The notes below the pieces were generated by a model. The model was not told the DNA's origin and did not search any database. It saw only the letters and a list, made by a program, of their open reading frames with translations. A stretch of 64,000 nucleotides of DNA from Phoronis australis (taxonomy: Eukaryota; Animalia; Phoronida), in contig NMRA01000100.1 of NCBI GenBank assembly GCA_002633005.1, positions 82,497-146,496 of the forward strand, read 5' to 3'. Position numbers and translations under genes: made by a program. Positions 26,301 through 40,254 of the stretch are shown piece by piece; the stretch's first letter is position 1, and each line of letters opens with the position of its first letter.

Positions 26301-29300
26301 GCGTACAGTGTATGTTTCCAGCAGTTGTCCAACTGTACTCAAGATCATAATTCGGATTACATTTTACCCTGTTTAGTAGCTGACTAAAAACGAAAATTGA
26401 ATAAGGTTTTTAATCTCATCGAATCGAGTCAGTATCATAATATTCTTTTTACCGTGGTAGGAATCTATTCCATTACGAATTGAAGTCACGAGCCGCAGAG
26501 CACAGGGCGCCATTTTCGAATCCGCAATTTTAGGGTCGACTCGGTTTTCTTGAAGCGCCAATGGTTTCGAAGCTCTTATATGTAACGAAAATAAAGGGGA
26601 AACGCTATACAAGACCAATTTATACCAGTAAAAGGTTTAATTCGATTTTTGTTTTTAGCCAGTTCAAACAGAGTGAAATGCACCTCGTCCGGGATGCAGC
26701 TTCTGTTAGTTGACTATTCCAAAGCATTTGACCTCGAGGCCTACGAACTGGTCATTGCTGCTGTCACTACGGAAATTGGAATTCCTGTGGCGACATTGAC
26801 TTTCCGTCGTTTTGACAGGGCAAATTGGAAAATTATTTCTTCAACAGGGCAATCGTTTACGATTCAGTACCCCAGGGTTCCTACTAAGACCCAGTCTTTG
26901 TACTTAATCACCGACAAACTCGAAGTGTCAAGCGGTCTAAATCCTGGGGAATAACGACGCGGTCATTGTCCTATAACACTAGCGTAATACCTTGTCCATT
27001 TCATCAAGCGCCCTCTGGTCAAGTAACAACTTCATAATTAAACGAAGAAAAAGAAAGTCAGAGGTCGGCCCATTCAAGACATCCCAGAGCACAGTAAAGT
27101 AATTTCCGTCTAACCACTCTGTTTCTTCCCACAATGACGAAGCCGTCTTCCAAAACAACCTTGGAATGCTCACAGCCAGTTAATTATCAATCTGGCAGAA
27201 TAGCGCTCAGTGGAGGGAGCGAAATTTAATTTCCCGTAAGAGTATAAGATTAAAGTCCTCGTAGAACAGGTAAAATGACTTATAGGTATGGTCAATACAT
27301 GTAATTATGTTCCTTAATTTATAGCCGATACTTACATTCATTAACCAAATTCGTTTTGAAGTTGTTTTTTTGTTTCGGAGCCAACAATTGCAGAACAGTT
27401 TTCGCGGAAAAGACTCGGCAGTGTTATAGCGTGTATGCCGTTTACAGAGCACTGTCCATCTGAACCAATATTGTTTATACCCTACTCACTAACGTCCACA
27501 TTTTTTTACTGTCTAAGTTTAACAGCCAATTAAATTTTCTTGTCAGCTTGGCCTTTCGTCTCTGTCCTCTCAAGAGAAGCAAGATATCGAACGTCGCATG
27601 GGCGCACCTGGGGGAAGGGGGCGGGGTGGGTGCTCGAAAGGTACGCGCCCCGAACAATTCGAGCCCCCCTATATTTTAGGCTGGGTGCGCGCATGCTTTG
27701 CTTGGCATGAGATAAATAGCTACATCTCACCAACGTTTGCCAAAAATTAAATATTTTTGATTATTAGCAGCTTCTTGTATTACTGTAAATTCCCGCAGTT
27801 TTTCAAACTATTGCCAGACGGGGGTACAGAGATTGAAGAATCAAGGAAATAAAATTTCACCAGTCTGTCCAAAGTAGCGAGATATTCATGGTTTTTCATT
27901 CTTCACAAAAATGTAAATGTGCAGTAGACAGACACAATAGTAATCACTGATGGTCTCAAACACGAATGGTTACGTCACGACTGGTGTATCAGTCATGTGA
28001 CATGAATTTTAATTCTCCCATCGACGATATCTGCCTCACAGTAAATCATAAACTCAAAAGGCCACAAAGCAGGGCAGTTTTATCTCGTGAGAGTTCACAT
28101 CCGTAGTTTCGAAAAAATGCGAAATTTCTTCGTGCTATTTTAAAAGATTCAATAATCGCAATCCTCGCCATGGTGTTATTCAACTTTCAGTGAAAACCGG
28201 GAATTTAATCGATAAGCTATGACAACTGTATGCAGGTTAAACTCAGCATGGCACTATGCAGGGCAACACTTGGCAAAGTAGCACTAAAACCATTTCTAGT
28301 TGCCACACATAGCCTATACATCAGTAGACTCTAACTTCCGAGCACGGCGAAAAATTAAAATGTGACCGCACTGGTTGTTTGTTGAATGCATACCAAGATT
28401 GATAATCAAATATTTAACTATCAAATTAAATGCATTTAAATGGCAAATAAGAGGATTGAGCTCGATCACCAAATCACCATAGTTCTATGAAAGGTTACTT
28501 AGGTCTACTAAACATATATAAACCAGCGCAACAATGGACTCAAACAATCTAATCATTTTGATAACGCGATCAAACATTATAGACAAGCGACAGCGTGTTC
28601 AATGTTAATTTTGTGCTTAGGAAATAGCATACAGTCCACCCGGAATAGAACTTACGAAGTGCCCTATAGTCTTAAGATATCGGGCAACACTTGAACTTGG
28701 GATCAACAAGGTTCTATGTAATTTCAAAGTGTGAAAATTACGAATCAAATAATAACCTGATATGATTTAATTTAAATTGATATCAGCTGAGGCGTGGAGC
28801 TTGAGACATGCAACATGCGTCACTTACGTCAATAATAAAAACCACATTTATTCTTTACTCAATGATAACAGTAATTGTTTAATATAAGAAATCTATCAAA
28901 TGTAGTCTTCAATTATTTGCTCGCACACGTTTAGGGACACTTGATATTTTGTCCACGGCACGAAGGTGCAGAATAGTGCAGTTCACATTTCTTCGCAATA
29001 AAGCGGCTCTTTACATTCAGTTAAGTTGGTCAAGATCACATGAAGGCTTCATTAATATTTCACGATACTGGGTGATCAATGGATTATCTATTATTGATAC
29101 GTTTAATACATATGATTTAAGGTCACTCTGGCTATGTGTATAGGTCAACGAGTTAACGAATGACGGGAAACCTAAAAAATTCAACGTCATCTGGTAGCAC
29201 TGTAGTATATCTTTTATTGCAGGATCATCTAGCTACAGCACTGGCACAACAATAGACACGCATCCATTCTTTTTTATAATGCCTACGTGGCTGGCATTTA

Positions 29301-30236
29301 TATGTTGATGGATGCAAACTTATCAAGCGATTAACACGACATTGAATAACAATCGATGTAAATAAGCTAGACATCCCGTCACGAAGCGGATCTGAAATTT
29401 GAAAGATGCACGCTATATAACGACCTAGGGACACTGCGTCATATTACTCCCAGGTATAACGTAAAAGTGTGGTACTTTCACAGTATAATTCATTCAAATG
29501 AATTTTATATTTGCCCTTTAATGCAGTCGAGTGAATTCATCGTGATTTATTTTCTTTCAAACGTTTCAAGTTGCTCAACTTCCTCATTCGACTATGGAAA
29601 ACGTAAAGGCCAAATGGTTCCGCGACGTTTTACTGGGTTAAATCAATACATTGCTGATAACAATAGTTACGATATCGGTATTCCATTATTTAACAACCAA
29701 CTAACCTCCTCGGCCGCATGGTCCTCCAGCAAGAACGTGGCGATTCCTGCTCGCACACGGTTCTTGAACCCCCTAACTGTCCCTCTGACGCTCATTAGTG
29801 CCTGCTCGTCGATTGCCTGAGGGTTTAGGACATCTCTCCTTCCGGCGAAAGTACCCTCCCTAATGATTCCCTCTTTAGGGGGGCTGCCACACTCGTCGTG
29901 TCCATTAACAAAAAATTTTTCCTCGTAAAAATGATCGTTCGCAGCACCAGTCGATTGTTCACCGCCACCATTCATTCTGAAAAATGGTCTCCTGTGTTTC
30001 TCCACGGGGAAAGTTCCCGCGTGATAATGTCTCGTGCCGTCACTAGTTCGGAAGAGATGGCTATCTACATCGCGCCCACTCCTCAGCGCCTCCAGGTCTT
30101 GCTCTGTAAGACCGTGGAATTTCTTCTTCATTTTCCCCGTCAGAGCACGCGGCTTTGTTTTCGAATTACGATCGAGACCGCTCGCAGACTCCTCCCTTTC
30201 ATTTGTTCCGGTTGGCGCTGACATAATGCCACTCAT
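17303..30236 (-). CDS. GRXCR1: Glutaredoxin domain-containing cysteine-rich protein (GRXCR1/CG31559-like), about 340 aa; exons 30236-29706, 21994-21758, 17943-17878, 17491-17303
   Basis: Phase-0 GT-AG junctions throughout. N-terminal RGTVRGFKNRVRAGIATF motif; glutaredoxin-like domain GKIVIYTTSMSIIRGTFEQC...VPQVFADGVLIG-GAKKIEQLNETGELR; C-terminal four-CxxC domain CSKCGGYRFVPCSSCHGSKKS...LRCMQCNENALVRCDLC, ending in TAG at 17303-17305. Confidence 0.93.
17514..17644. mobile_element. CAG-ended MITE copy, left end lost at the N at 17513
   Basis: Same internal sequence as 50108-50266; ends TTCCGCCACTG. Confidence 0.8.
18520..19152. mobile_element. Kolobok-like non-autonomous element, diverged copy in GRXCR intron 2
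   Basis: Starts TTAAGGGTACGAAGGACC; shares TTGGGTCACGTGACC with 11803-12341 and TGAATCCGATCAG with the 2000-2405 copy. Confidence 0.6.
22651..23240. mobile_element. Penelope-like retroelement remnant: two inverted copies of the GIY-YIG C-terminus plus 3' UTR
   Basis: The minus strand encodes VRVLDRESSWFESGVKDA..VKAKNPSLNRHG and the plus strand DRESSWFERGVKEAVWVK. Both match the recalled ILDRE.RWFERGVKEAIY...PSLNR.GG end of Penelope-like endonucleases, and the downstream non-coding arms are homologous in inverted orientation. Confidence 0.8.
24232..24381. mobile_element. CATGGG-ended MITE, dimeric copy
   Basis: Same two-unit layout and ACATGG(C/T)CTAT junction as 38898-39038; flanks TGCAA/AGCAA. 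Confidence 0.75.
26135..26301. mobile_element. CAG-ended MITE copy, opposite orientation to 50108-50266
   Basis: CAGTGGCGGATTT...GGATCGGCCCCTG; flanks CGTAG/CGTAC. Confidence 0.85.
26695..26910 (+). mobile_element. Degenerate non-LTR retrotransposon (LINE) reverse transcriptase fragment
   Basis: LLLVDYSKAFDL motif followed, after a frameshift, by GTACCCCAGGGTTCC (VPQGS). Confidence 0.65.
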
Positions 30237-32851
30237 TACAGCAAGCTGTCAAGACTCATCATCACCCGCCGAGTCACAGGTATCGTGTAATAACAGACTG
30301 GGACGGGGTCGATACCACGTGACTGATAATGCTGCATCACACACCTGAGACATCGATTATCAAGTTACAGTCACTGCTCGCCTGTTGCACAAAGTAACGC
30401 AGCGGCGACTACAGGTCACCAGAACGTCTACACTGAGAAGCCTGCAAATTGTACATAAAATCTGATTGTTTTAAAATGCATGGAGAGAGGAACACAAGAC
30501 CATAGAGTCAAGTCAGTTCGTTCAAACAACATTAAATACGTATTTTTTGAAAGAAGAAAGTCTGTAGAGTTTGATTTTTCCCCTTCAACAGTTTTGTTAG
30601 ATATTAACGTTCTACATGAAATATCAATATCGACGTTAAGGTTTCCTGAATCATCATTTCGTTTTCGTTTTTGTTTCATGTACCCTTAATAAAAGTCATA
30701 AAAGCCCTATTTTGATAGTAAGTCAAATTTTAATAGCAGTAAATGGCCTAAATTAAAAGTTCGCTTCTCGCACGAAACCCTTAGCTCAGCCCGTAAGTCT
30801 TCAGCGCTAAACAGGAAACAAAACCAAAAACAAGGGAAAACGGGAAAAAGAGAGAAAAGGGGCAATACAAAAAGGAAACAACGAAAAACAACACAATAAT
30901 AGAAAAAAAGGTTGGAGATTCGAGAGCTAATTCGATAATTTCTGGTTTGATTAATGGTTTGACATGGCGGCAATTGGACAATTTTTGGTTTAGAATCTTG
31001 GTTTGCCAGGTTATGATTGGTCCGGTAGATCACGACTCACCAGCGGATTTAAGAGCTATACATAATTTCTTTTTTCACATATGTCACGTACACGTAATGG
31101 AAATGGTAATGATTATACATAAACATACTCACTCGCATGAACAGATAGTAGGTCTATTCGAACTCAATGACGAGCTTCAAAATTGTTTTATTTCAATGCA
31201 AATCGCGATGTGACGTATTCAAAGCAACCACATTAGCCTCCATAATGAAATAATTATATCGACGTACGTGGATCAAGTCGAAAGATTACTGATGTGTGAC
31301 ATTTGAAATGCCATAAGAGTTTGCTCTGAAAAACAACAACTGTATTAATTTGTGGTAATGCAACAAGCCTCAATGCGTGTACTACAAACAATATTCACGC
31401 AGCACGAATCGTCAATGAGACTGGAAAACGGGTGCGTTCTAATTTTGCCAACACAGAAAATGTATATCGACCAGTAGTCGCAAGACAATCATAAGAACGA
31501 TGGCATGTAATTAGGACTAAAATACGACAACGAACTTCACAGTACACTGGAGTCCTTGTGGCATTTTAGCATTACTGCAAAAGAAGGTTTCCATGGGAAC
31601 AAATGTATTTGGCTCAATACACGTTCGTTAGGCGACACCGGTGAATTCATATCGCCTGTAATCCTTACTAGTCATGCAAAATTTGACATGCTAAATTCCG
31701 CTGTTGTCAGATTGAGCTCTTCTTCGTCATAAAACTCAAAACAGCAACAAACGATACATGAGTTCATCACAGGCTTCATCATCTAGCAAACACACATTCC
31801 ATCCGGGATTGCATTACTCATAGGCGGCGCGGCACTCAGAAAAGTGGGGGGGGTTATAGGTGCGCCGCCCATGATACTACATGCCTGACGGGGGNTTGTC
31901 TGTCATGGGTCATTCGGTGTTCAGTGCGGTATTATTGTTCGTTTTAAATCAGTTTTGGTTGGTACCTCGAATATCTAGTCTAGCTCATTTTTTGGGGTCT
32001 TTGTAAGGCCCCCAGGGGTCACACCCAGAGTGCAGACAACGGCAGACGTCCATTTCTGTACATACTGAGGTGGACTTTAAATGCTCCCGTGGTCAGATGT
32101 TGGTACCTCGTTCATCTATGCTAAGTGCTCTGGGCTGCCGGTCTATTAGGCCCAGCTAGCGTGACAGAGTACGTGCCAGTTCTTCTTCGGTAAAGCTAAA
32201 TACCATTTTAATCCAATTTTAATCTGTTTCGTCTGTTTTCATTGCTGGAGAAATTATATTTTATTGATTCTTGAAGCACCTCCCATCACAAGAAAGATTT
32301 GATTTGGACAAATTAGTACCGTTAATTACGAGGGGTATCACAATGTCCCCGCTTAATTAGTCGAATTGGAGGTTATTTCAAGACTTTGAAAGAACCGACA
32401 CTTGGTTATTGCAAGAGACTAGACCTTACAAATATTGGCTTGTCGCCGTGTGACATTTTATGCCGCGCCGAACAACCCCGAGTTCTTTGCTAAACCACTA
32501 AATCACTTCTCACCTAAACAAGATGAGACCCATATATCATCTTAAGTGGCATAAATCAAGAGTTCTCTTCCTGCACGGAACGCGGGTTTGTAGGTGTTTT
32601 AACTGGATATAAAGAAAACTGACACAGGAAATATTTACTTCAAAGGACTGCTCAACATTGCAAATCTAGTGATATTACCAGCAAATAGCAACAAAGCCCT
32701 AGGTATGTCGGTCAAGAAAAGACAATCGTAACTAACATCCGCTAACTGCAAGAGTAATTCCTTCACATTACCCAAACCAATTCATGGCAGGAGTTTTGTT
32801 AACAAAAACCATGTAGGCAGCGGGACAAGGTGTACATCATGCTGTGCTACT

Positions 32852-32965
32852 AACAGACAGTATTGACCACGCCTGTGGGCGGAGCTGGATGTTGTCCACA
32901 GTTAGACAAGGCCAACAGACGGTACTGACCATGCGTGGAGCTGGATGTTGTCCACAGGTAGACAC
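32852..32965. repeat. Imperfect direct duplication of about 58 bp
   Basis: AACAGAC.GTA.TGACCA.GC..GGAGCTGGATGTTGTCCACAG.TAGACA occurs twice in tandem. Confidence 0.8.
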
Positions 32966-34599
32966 CGCAAACATTGGCAAGGTGTCGAACACAGCTGCCA
33001 CTTACGAACATGTACATCTAAGCACATCGGATATATCAACCAAAGCATATATGTAAAGGAGAGCATCACACACACACGTGAATGCATTGATTTTACTTAG
33101 AATTCCAATAGGTACAATTGCATTCGCGCATGATGGGAGATAAATTTCTGATAGAGAAGAAAAATTACCAAAGTTGCAAAATATCAAACCCACAACCCAC
33201 TGCAACTGGGCAATTCACTGACCGGTGACGAGACCATCCTTTCAAGGGGCGTCAACAGCATATAATCATTCATAAACTTGTAAATACTAAAAACTAATCA
33301 TATTATTCTTTATTACACAGTTCATTACAGCAAGTCTGCACATACTCAAGTTGGACAACTATTAGTAGTACTGACAGAAAATCAAAAAAATAATTTCTTA
33401 AGTATGAAATATCACAACATTAAAACATTCCAGTGAAGTCCTTTAACAAGAGCCAAGGCAAAATGCCAATGGTATAAAATACAAAAGAAGCCATGGTGTT
33501 TTGTTTCCAACATCAGCTGTTGGTGTACCATGTGACCAAGTAATATTAATCCCATGATGCCTGATATTTCTACCAATACTACACCGAGGTCCGTATGGCA
33601 AAGGCCTTTACTATCAAGTACTATCATATAGTTTCTACATTACATAATCTAAGGATAACCATAACAGTATCAATGCCATCACATCTGAGTAAAAATCCCT
33701 GAAACCATACAAACACATCCACATAAAATAAATAACAATAACACGAGATTAACTTAGCCCAACAGACAGCTATGTGCAACATTTTGTAACTGTGTTGATA
33801 TTGAGAACAAAACTAATTTCTACTGATTATCATCTAATTCACTGTCATAAATTTCATTTTTCTGTTATAATTTTCTGGATTCACTTCACAACAAGCAGCC
33901 TGCCCTTCCAGTATATCACTGAACACTACAAAAAACACATGCTTGAGCCAATCAAATACCTTCAAGAACGAAAATTTCTTTTAGAAATTAATCACTGAGT
34001 TTAATGATTATTACCAAATGTATCAACCTGTTCAAACTGTAACGCCACCTATCTCAAAGCTTAGAAAACAGTTTGCTAGCTACAACATGCTAAGCCAATG
34101 AAGTACTGAATACAAAATAGTGAGCTACTGCCACCTAGCGTAGATCAAACATACCAACTCAAAATTCTTTAATCATACTATACTTAACTCTAAACACACA
34201 CCAATCCAAAAAAATATACTAAACCAAACTAAAACTGATGGTTAAAATATTCAATCTCTGAAAAATTTGATTATGACTGATAAATTCATACAACTGTTCA
34301 GTATAAAAACACACACACATATACAATTACACACACAGCATTAAAAAAAGGCTAATTCTTAATTCAGCAAAGTAAAGCAAACCAGATCACATGCTATAAA
34401 ACACTTCATCACGACCCTGTATTTCACTTGATGTCCAACAATTACTTGTACCTAAGTTCACACAACCATCAACTCACTAGGGACGGAGAAGCAAACTCAC
34501 TGCAGAATTAGTAAGAAGAAACTCCAGTCTATCTGGACAACTATGTATGTATTTCAAATGCAAGCTTAATCAACCTGGCAATAATACCGGCACTAAAGC

Positions 34600-34932
34600 C
34601 ACCTAGCATCATAAAATTTTTTTTTTGATTTCGACCACTTCTAGTTGAGAAATCGGTCTCAAAAAGTTCCTTGGTCAAAATTGGTGTGATTTCCGGATTT
34701 GGAAACGAATTTAATGATTGAGATCAGGCTTTACAAGTTGACACACCTAAGCGTCTGACTTCATTTGCTGAGCCTTGTCTCGAAAAGTAACGAATTGCCA
34801 ATTCCTTGCATTACCGAAAATCACTTCTCATCTGAGCTACAAGGAATAAGTTCAGACCAACTTTAGAGGGATAATTTTGTCAAAATCGAAATTTAGTTTC
34901 TTCCACAGAATATGGGCTTATTGTCCCTTTAA
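34600..34932. repeat. Old dispersed repeat family; relatives near 14560-14870, 19900-20290 and 59520-59870
   Basis: Shared TGATTT(A/C)GACCACTT or its complement AAG(T/C)GGTCTAAATCA, and TAACGAATTG(T/C)C; two copies end in CCTTTAA and CACTTAA. Boundaries are approximate. Confidence 0.45.
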
Positions 34933-35186
34933 CTACATATGCAAAAGAACAGAACAAAGACATATTTGTTGAAAATGACAAACAGTATGTAATGAAAATA
35001 CACCCTTAAGATGCCATGTCTGCGAGATTGTTGTAACACTAACTACATAAGGAGCTTTTGCGCTGAGATTAATCCGTGTACATAAAATTATTAACCTTTC
35101 ATGCAGTAAAAAAGCTACCACTAATGATTATACCGTTTAACAATGTTTCTCTGAAAGACTTTCAGGGATGTAACATTATATTCTGA

Positions 35187-38100
35187 CTAGAATGTCTTGT
35201 CTTTAACTTGGGGTTCTATCATCTCAATGTCCGCAGTTGGGTTGGCGTGCCTGAAAAATAACCACAAATGATCCGTTTATATCTAAGCCACGACAAAAAA
35301 TTTGATCAACAGTGGAGGTTTACGGACTGACCACTACCACAGGATATATTTGCCATGAGCTGTAATTTTCTTGTTCATGATGCAAACTATTTCTTTCCAC
35401 AAAAAAAATCATTTGTACCGCCGCACATCCAGCAGTACCAACCAGTTAGGGTGCTGCCCGGGCAGACCGTAACCCCTCCATAACTGAGCCACTGGGAATG
35501 TCTTGTTCAAAGCTGCTTTCTTGAACAGACTCTGAAGCAGACTAAAACGGAGCACTAAAAAGAATGCGCGAGTAAAATGAACATTCGTTCACAGCTATAC
35601 TGTAGAAGTTCTGCACGCTTCGCAGTTCTTGATAAGGAATGATAACAGACCACACCATCAGACAACGAACACATGACAAACAAATGAAACATGCACGGAA
35701 TAAGTATCATAACATCACGGTGTTTTGAAGGAAAAGGTAACCACTGTTGGTACTCCTACTGCCAAATATACATTGCCTATACACACCCCTCTGGTACAGC
35801 CGCCGGAGGAGCAGTTGGTTGAGCGGACGGTTGCCGTGGATATACAACTTCAGGACCCCATACTTGGGACTTGTACTGCAAAAACAATAGTCAGTAATTA
35901 CAATTAAAACATCGTTCTTGTTGTGTATTGAGGGACAGGTAGCTACCGACACGGGATCACTTCTTGAACAAAATAACTCTATGCCAGGGTCCATTTTTTT
36001 GCCCGTGATGAACTCCACAATGAAGTACGTAGTACACACCCATTCAAAATTTGATGGAGTCACCCACAGCACACTGTACACAAAAAATATCACAGTATTC
36101 GTTAATATAAACCAGGGCTCTTGATGCCTCGGTTTTGGGGCTGACGATGGGCCCCATTACCCTATGAAAAATATTTTACACTCACATGAAAATTCCCTCA
36201 TTAGGCCCAAAAGTTCCCTGTCAATGATTAAAAATTACCCTAAAGGTTGGAATTACTTCTGCAAACAATAATTTGTCCACTTGAGATATTGCTGATGAGG
36301 GATGGCCACTGGGCGGTTGAATTGGTGGTGACCTGGAGGTGGTGTCGGGATCTTCCCCTCCATCAAAAATTACCCTCACATGCTCAGGGAAGGCACACGC
36401 ACTTTTCCTCCATCAGATGAGTAATGGCCCAGTAAGCCTTCTGACACAGGCATGTATCTATCTCATTGCTGTCAGTGGATATCCTGACAAATGTTAAGCT
36501 GCAGATCTCACATGTGCTTACAGTTGCTTGTCTTCTTGGAAGAGATTTATTTAAATTTCAAAATTGATAGAATCAAACTGTGTTCTCATGAATGACAGCT
36601 ACTCTAATTCACTTATGGATAAGCACATGAAGTTTCCTTATTAGAGTTGAGGCTAGTAGCAACAATGGCAGCAGAGAAAAGAATGATTATCTCATTCACA
36701 TGTTTACCATATTGTGTCCTAAATTGGTGAAATTTAACCGTAATAGCTACCCAATATGTTTGCCTAAATTCTGCTCAAGGTTTCAGAACAGCATCATCAA
36801 CATCATGTGCATGCATTGCCACCGAATGTGAAATAACGTTCTTGCATTTTTGAGACTTCACACAGCATTCAGTTCAATCTTGACAGCAAAATCACAAATT
36901 AAGTGATACTTAGTCAAGACTGAATAATTTTACTACTATTGTTTAAAAAAATAGTTGAGGGCAATAGTTCCAGGAAGACTTACGTTTCGTTTGTGTTCAA
37001 CAGTCCGTACAATGTAACACAGGGCACAGGCCAACAAGAGGCCAACAAGAAATATGAGCAATCCTGCCAGTAGGAGACCAAGTCCCGCATAACCAAGGCC
37101 TCTGGAAAGGAAGTCGCAAAAATATAGAACATCAAGTAAAGGGTTGCGATTCATGGTTAAGGCATTTATGAGAAAAGTTACAAGTGTAATTATGTGCTTC
37201 ACATGCGATAAATATATGGTGACATTTCCAGCAGGTTTGGAGGGATCTTGTTCTTTGTGAAATTCTTGCGTTTACGAGTCACAACCTTCACAGCCTTGTT
37301 AAAGAAGCTCGCTCCTTTGTCGGATGAGTAGTACTTGGCAGCTAGTTAATACTTGATACACGACGAGCGAAATATTGAACATGTTCCAGACCTCTAATGA
37401 ATTGCCATTTTTTAGGCCAAAGCCCTGAAACAACCTCTAGTTTGAATAAAGAACAAGTTGAAACCAAATCTAAAGTAATTTTTAAAGAGGAAGTTTATAG
37501 CAGCTACATTAAATGTTAAACATATTTTCTGACCATTGTTCGTCCCAACTTTGACAACATCATAACCCCCAAATGATTACAGCCCAGCCGAGAGTACTAT
37601 GGTTATTAACATCCTAGTACTCCAGTATATATTAAAGTGTTTTATTAGTAGGAAAAATCCAAGTCCAGTGTTTTTGAGAAAATTCCTGCAATCCGTAAAG
37701 TTGCTGAATACAAGTATATTTTAGATGAATGAAAGAATTTCACAAAATCAACCCTTGATTGTATCTATGGCAGACCACACATCTAAGCAGTTACAACATA
37801 ATTGTACATTCTCCAAGTTGATGTCCCTAGCATCTGCCATAATATGTGTCCTCAATCCTCCATTCTCCTCACTTCATTCCAAAATAATTACGAGGTATTT
37901 ACCTTTCAAAGAGTACAATGCACATAAAAATATCAAATAAGTAAAACTATTTCGTGCAATTTAAAGCAGATCCTTTCCAAAACAATAGCATAACACAAGA
38001 AATCAATGATTAGTCATTTGTCATCAGTATAAACTAGGGGACATTTTTCGTGAAATTGATTTAAGACAGAAATCCGACAATAAGAACTACGCTTCCACTT

Positions 38101-38498
38101 CCCAATTGCTGAAAATAGTTGAGCCAAATAATTGTGAGCGCATGACGATCTAGAAATAATTATAAAAATAATCTTAGTGACTAACAGCTGTACGTATATT
38201 CTCGGAAACTTTGCACATTTGCTGAAGTGGGATTTAATTATTTTGCAGAAATATTAGTGTGGAGCGTAAGAACAGATTTCTGACTTAAGTCACTTTCATG
38301 AAACAGGCTTCAAGTCACAGCTCACCTTTCCCACTTATCTGCGTTATTCCAATACTGTGCAAAGAACGCCATCAGAATAATGCCCACAGCTACGGTTAGG
38401 ACTCCGATTACTAACCAACCCACACTACATCGACAAATACGAGTCCATTTTTTCTTTACATCGGCTGGTGTATGCAAGTTGCCCAGGTCAAACGCCAT
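35187..38498 (-). CDS. Uncharacterised two-transmembrane protein, paralog B (147 aa); exons 38498-38326, 37101-36984, 35875-35787, 35250-35187
   Basis: Spliced translation MAFDLGNLHTPADVKKKWTRICRCSVGWLVIGVLTVAVGIILMAFFAQYWNNADKWERGLGYAGLGLLLAGLLIFLVGLLLACALCYIVRTVEHKRNYKSQVWGPEVVYPRQPSAQPTAPPAAVPEGHANPTADIEMIEPQVKDKTF*. GT-AG junctions, with intron phases (2,0,2) and exon 2/exon 4 lengths (118 and 64 nt) identical to paralog A. Confidence 0.88.
38036..38310. mobile_element. MITE with imperfect TIRs of about 35 bp, in intron 1 of paralog B
   Basis: TTTCGTGAAATTGATTTAAGACAGAAATC ... GATTTCTGACTTAAGTCACTTTCATGAAA. Confidence 0.65.
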
Positions 38499-38897
38499 TT
38501 TAAGTAGATCTGTTTGCTAGTTCTAATCTGCAAAATCAACCAGTGGAAACAGAAACGAAAAGGCAACAGACTGCCTGAGAAAACCTCATTTTATCATTAC
38601 AGCACCAATAGAAACCAATGGGCTGAAATTTTGCAGACAGTTCATGAAAAACACTGACAGTGAAAAGGTCAAGACATATGTTATGTAAGTTTATGATCAC
38701 GGTAAAAAATCTTAACTTCAAAATATACCTGTAAGAATAAAGCTAGCTGTATAAAAACTAACAGCGAAAGAATTTACGAATTACGCTGAATCCAAATGGA
38801 ATCACGTGACAATAGCAACGCCGAGATGCCACATTAATAAAACTTCCTCCGCAATGGTTTGTACCCCTGCTTGTAAAGGTGGCGCTGTATGAGACTA

Positions 38898-39038
38898 CAT
38901 GGGCGGCGCACCATAGGGGCTGGGGGGGCTATAGCCCCACTTTTTTAAGTGCAATGCGGCACATGGTCTATAGGCGGTGAACCACGGGGGGCTGAGGGGG
39001 CTTTAGCCCCCACTTTTTTTAATGCTGTGCCACCCATG
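38898..39038. mobile_element. CATGGGCGGCGC-ended MITE, dimeric form; relatives at 17005-17083, 24232-24381, 31819-31873, 49487-49563 and, more distantly, 27597-27695
   Basis: TIR CATGGGCGGCGC...GTGCCACCCATG, internal GGGGCT(G)nCTATAGCCCC-T tract, flanks GACTA/GACTT. Confidence 0.8.
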
Positions 39039-40254
39039 GACTTAAAATTACAAGGACGTATACAAGTGTGTTGTGTATCAAATATAGAATTTGCTGGAAT
39101 CGCGTAAACGAAGCTCATGACCCACACACTCATTTTTATTCCGGAGAAACTTCTTGGTTTATCAACACGCTCCAGGTATGTTAGTGTACTCTGTTTCAGT
39201 TTAGAATACAACATACTTCAACGGGTGGAAAATACTGATAAATCACAATGCATTAATTTCACGACACAGAGAAGGGACATAAACATATGTTAGACAGATA
39301 GCATGCAGTTTACAACACAGTGCAAAAGACAGAGTTAGTTTTTGATCATCTAACAAATTTATTAGTGGCAACAACAACATTAGTAGGTATGTTAAACAAT
39401 ACAAATAAAATTAACATAAATTAACAGCAAAAAAAGCAGGAGGAACATTCACAAACAACAAAGGAAAATTGTGTGGAATTCATTCACAGAAACAACTCTC
39501 AGGCACAAGATCATGGTCAGTTTAGATTTAACACTTACACAGAAAGTTCTATGACAAATTTTTTTGAAAACATGAGTCAGTGAGAGAAATTTACTTGACA
39601 GCAACAAATCTTCAGTTTGAGACAACGGTAATCGCTATAATTATATTTTTGTCTGTTTTTAAGGTATTCTTCTCAGTGCCATTTTTTTACATGCACTTTG
39701 ATGACAGAAGAAACATAAAAGCCAATCAAAGTATTTTTAAAAGGTATTTTTTGACAAAATTAAAAAAAAAAAATTCATTTGTCCATAAAAGATTTTCACT
39801 CTATCTGAACACTCCAAAAAGCATGAGAATGTTGCATTAACTCAAACGAACCAAAATCAAAATAGCAAGAGTAATGTTTTCAACAGAATCCAATAACAGC
39901 ATTCAGACAAGTTTCTTCAAACACTCGAATAAAGGCTGAACAATTAGTTGATGACCATTCTTTGTCATCTGAATCAACACAACATACCTCTTTTCCCTTT
40001 GATTGCTCATTTGTAAATTCTATATCAGATCTCCAACTAAGTTGGTGTTGTAAATTATCACTGAAATAACCTTAGCGAGCGGTACACTAAAGAAACTGCA
40101 ACATTTTCCGCTGGTTAGAGTAATTTTCATCGACTTGACCAGATGTCATAAGTTCAAGTTGTTGTTTGAAAAACGAAACCTGGTCCTTGCACTCTAAAAG
40201 AGGGCCACAAAATCAGAAAAAAAATCCTATGTACTAATATGTCCGTAATAGTCA

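Noticed and set aside
30805-30912. A-rich tract giving Phe-rich hydrophobic ORFs on minus
   Set aside because: Low-complexity sequence, not a membrane-protein gene.
35707-36093. 128-aa minus-strand ORF
   Set aside because: Mostly intronic, and it overlaps exon 3 of paralog B in a different frame from the one homologous to paralog A.
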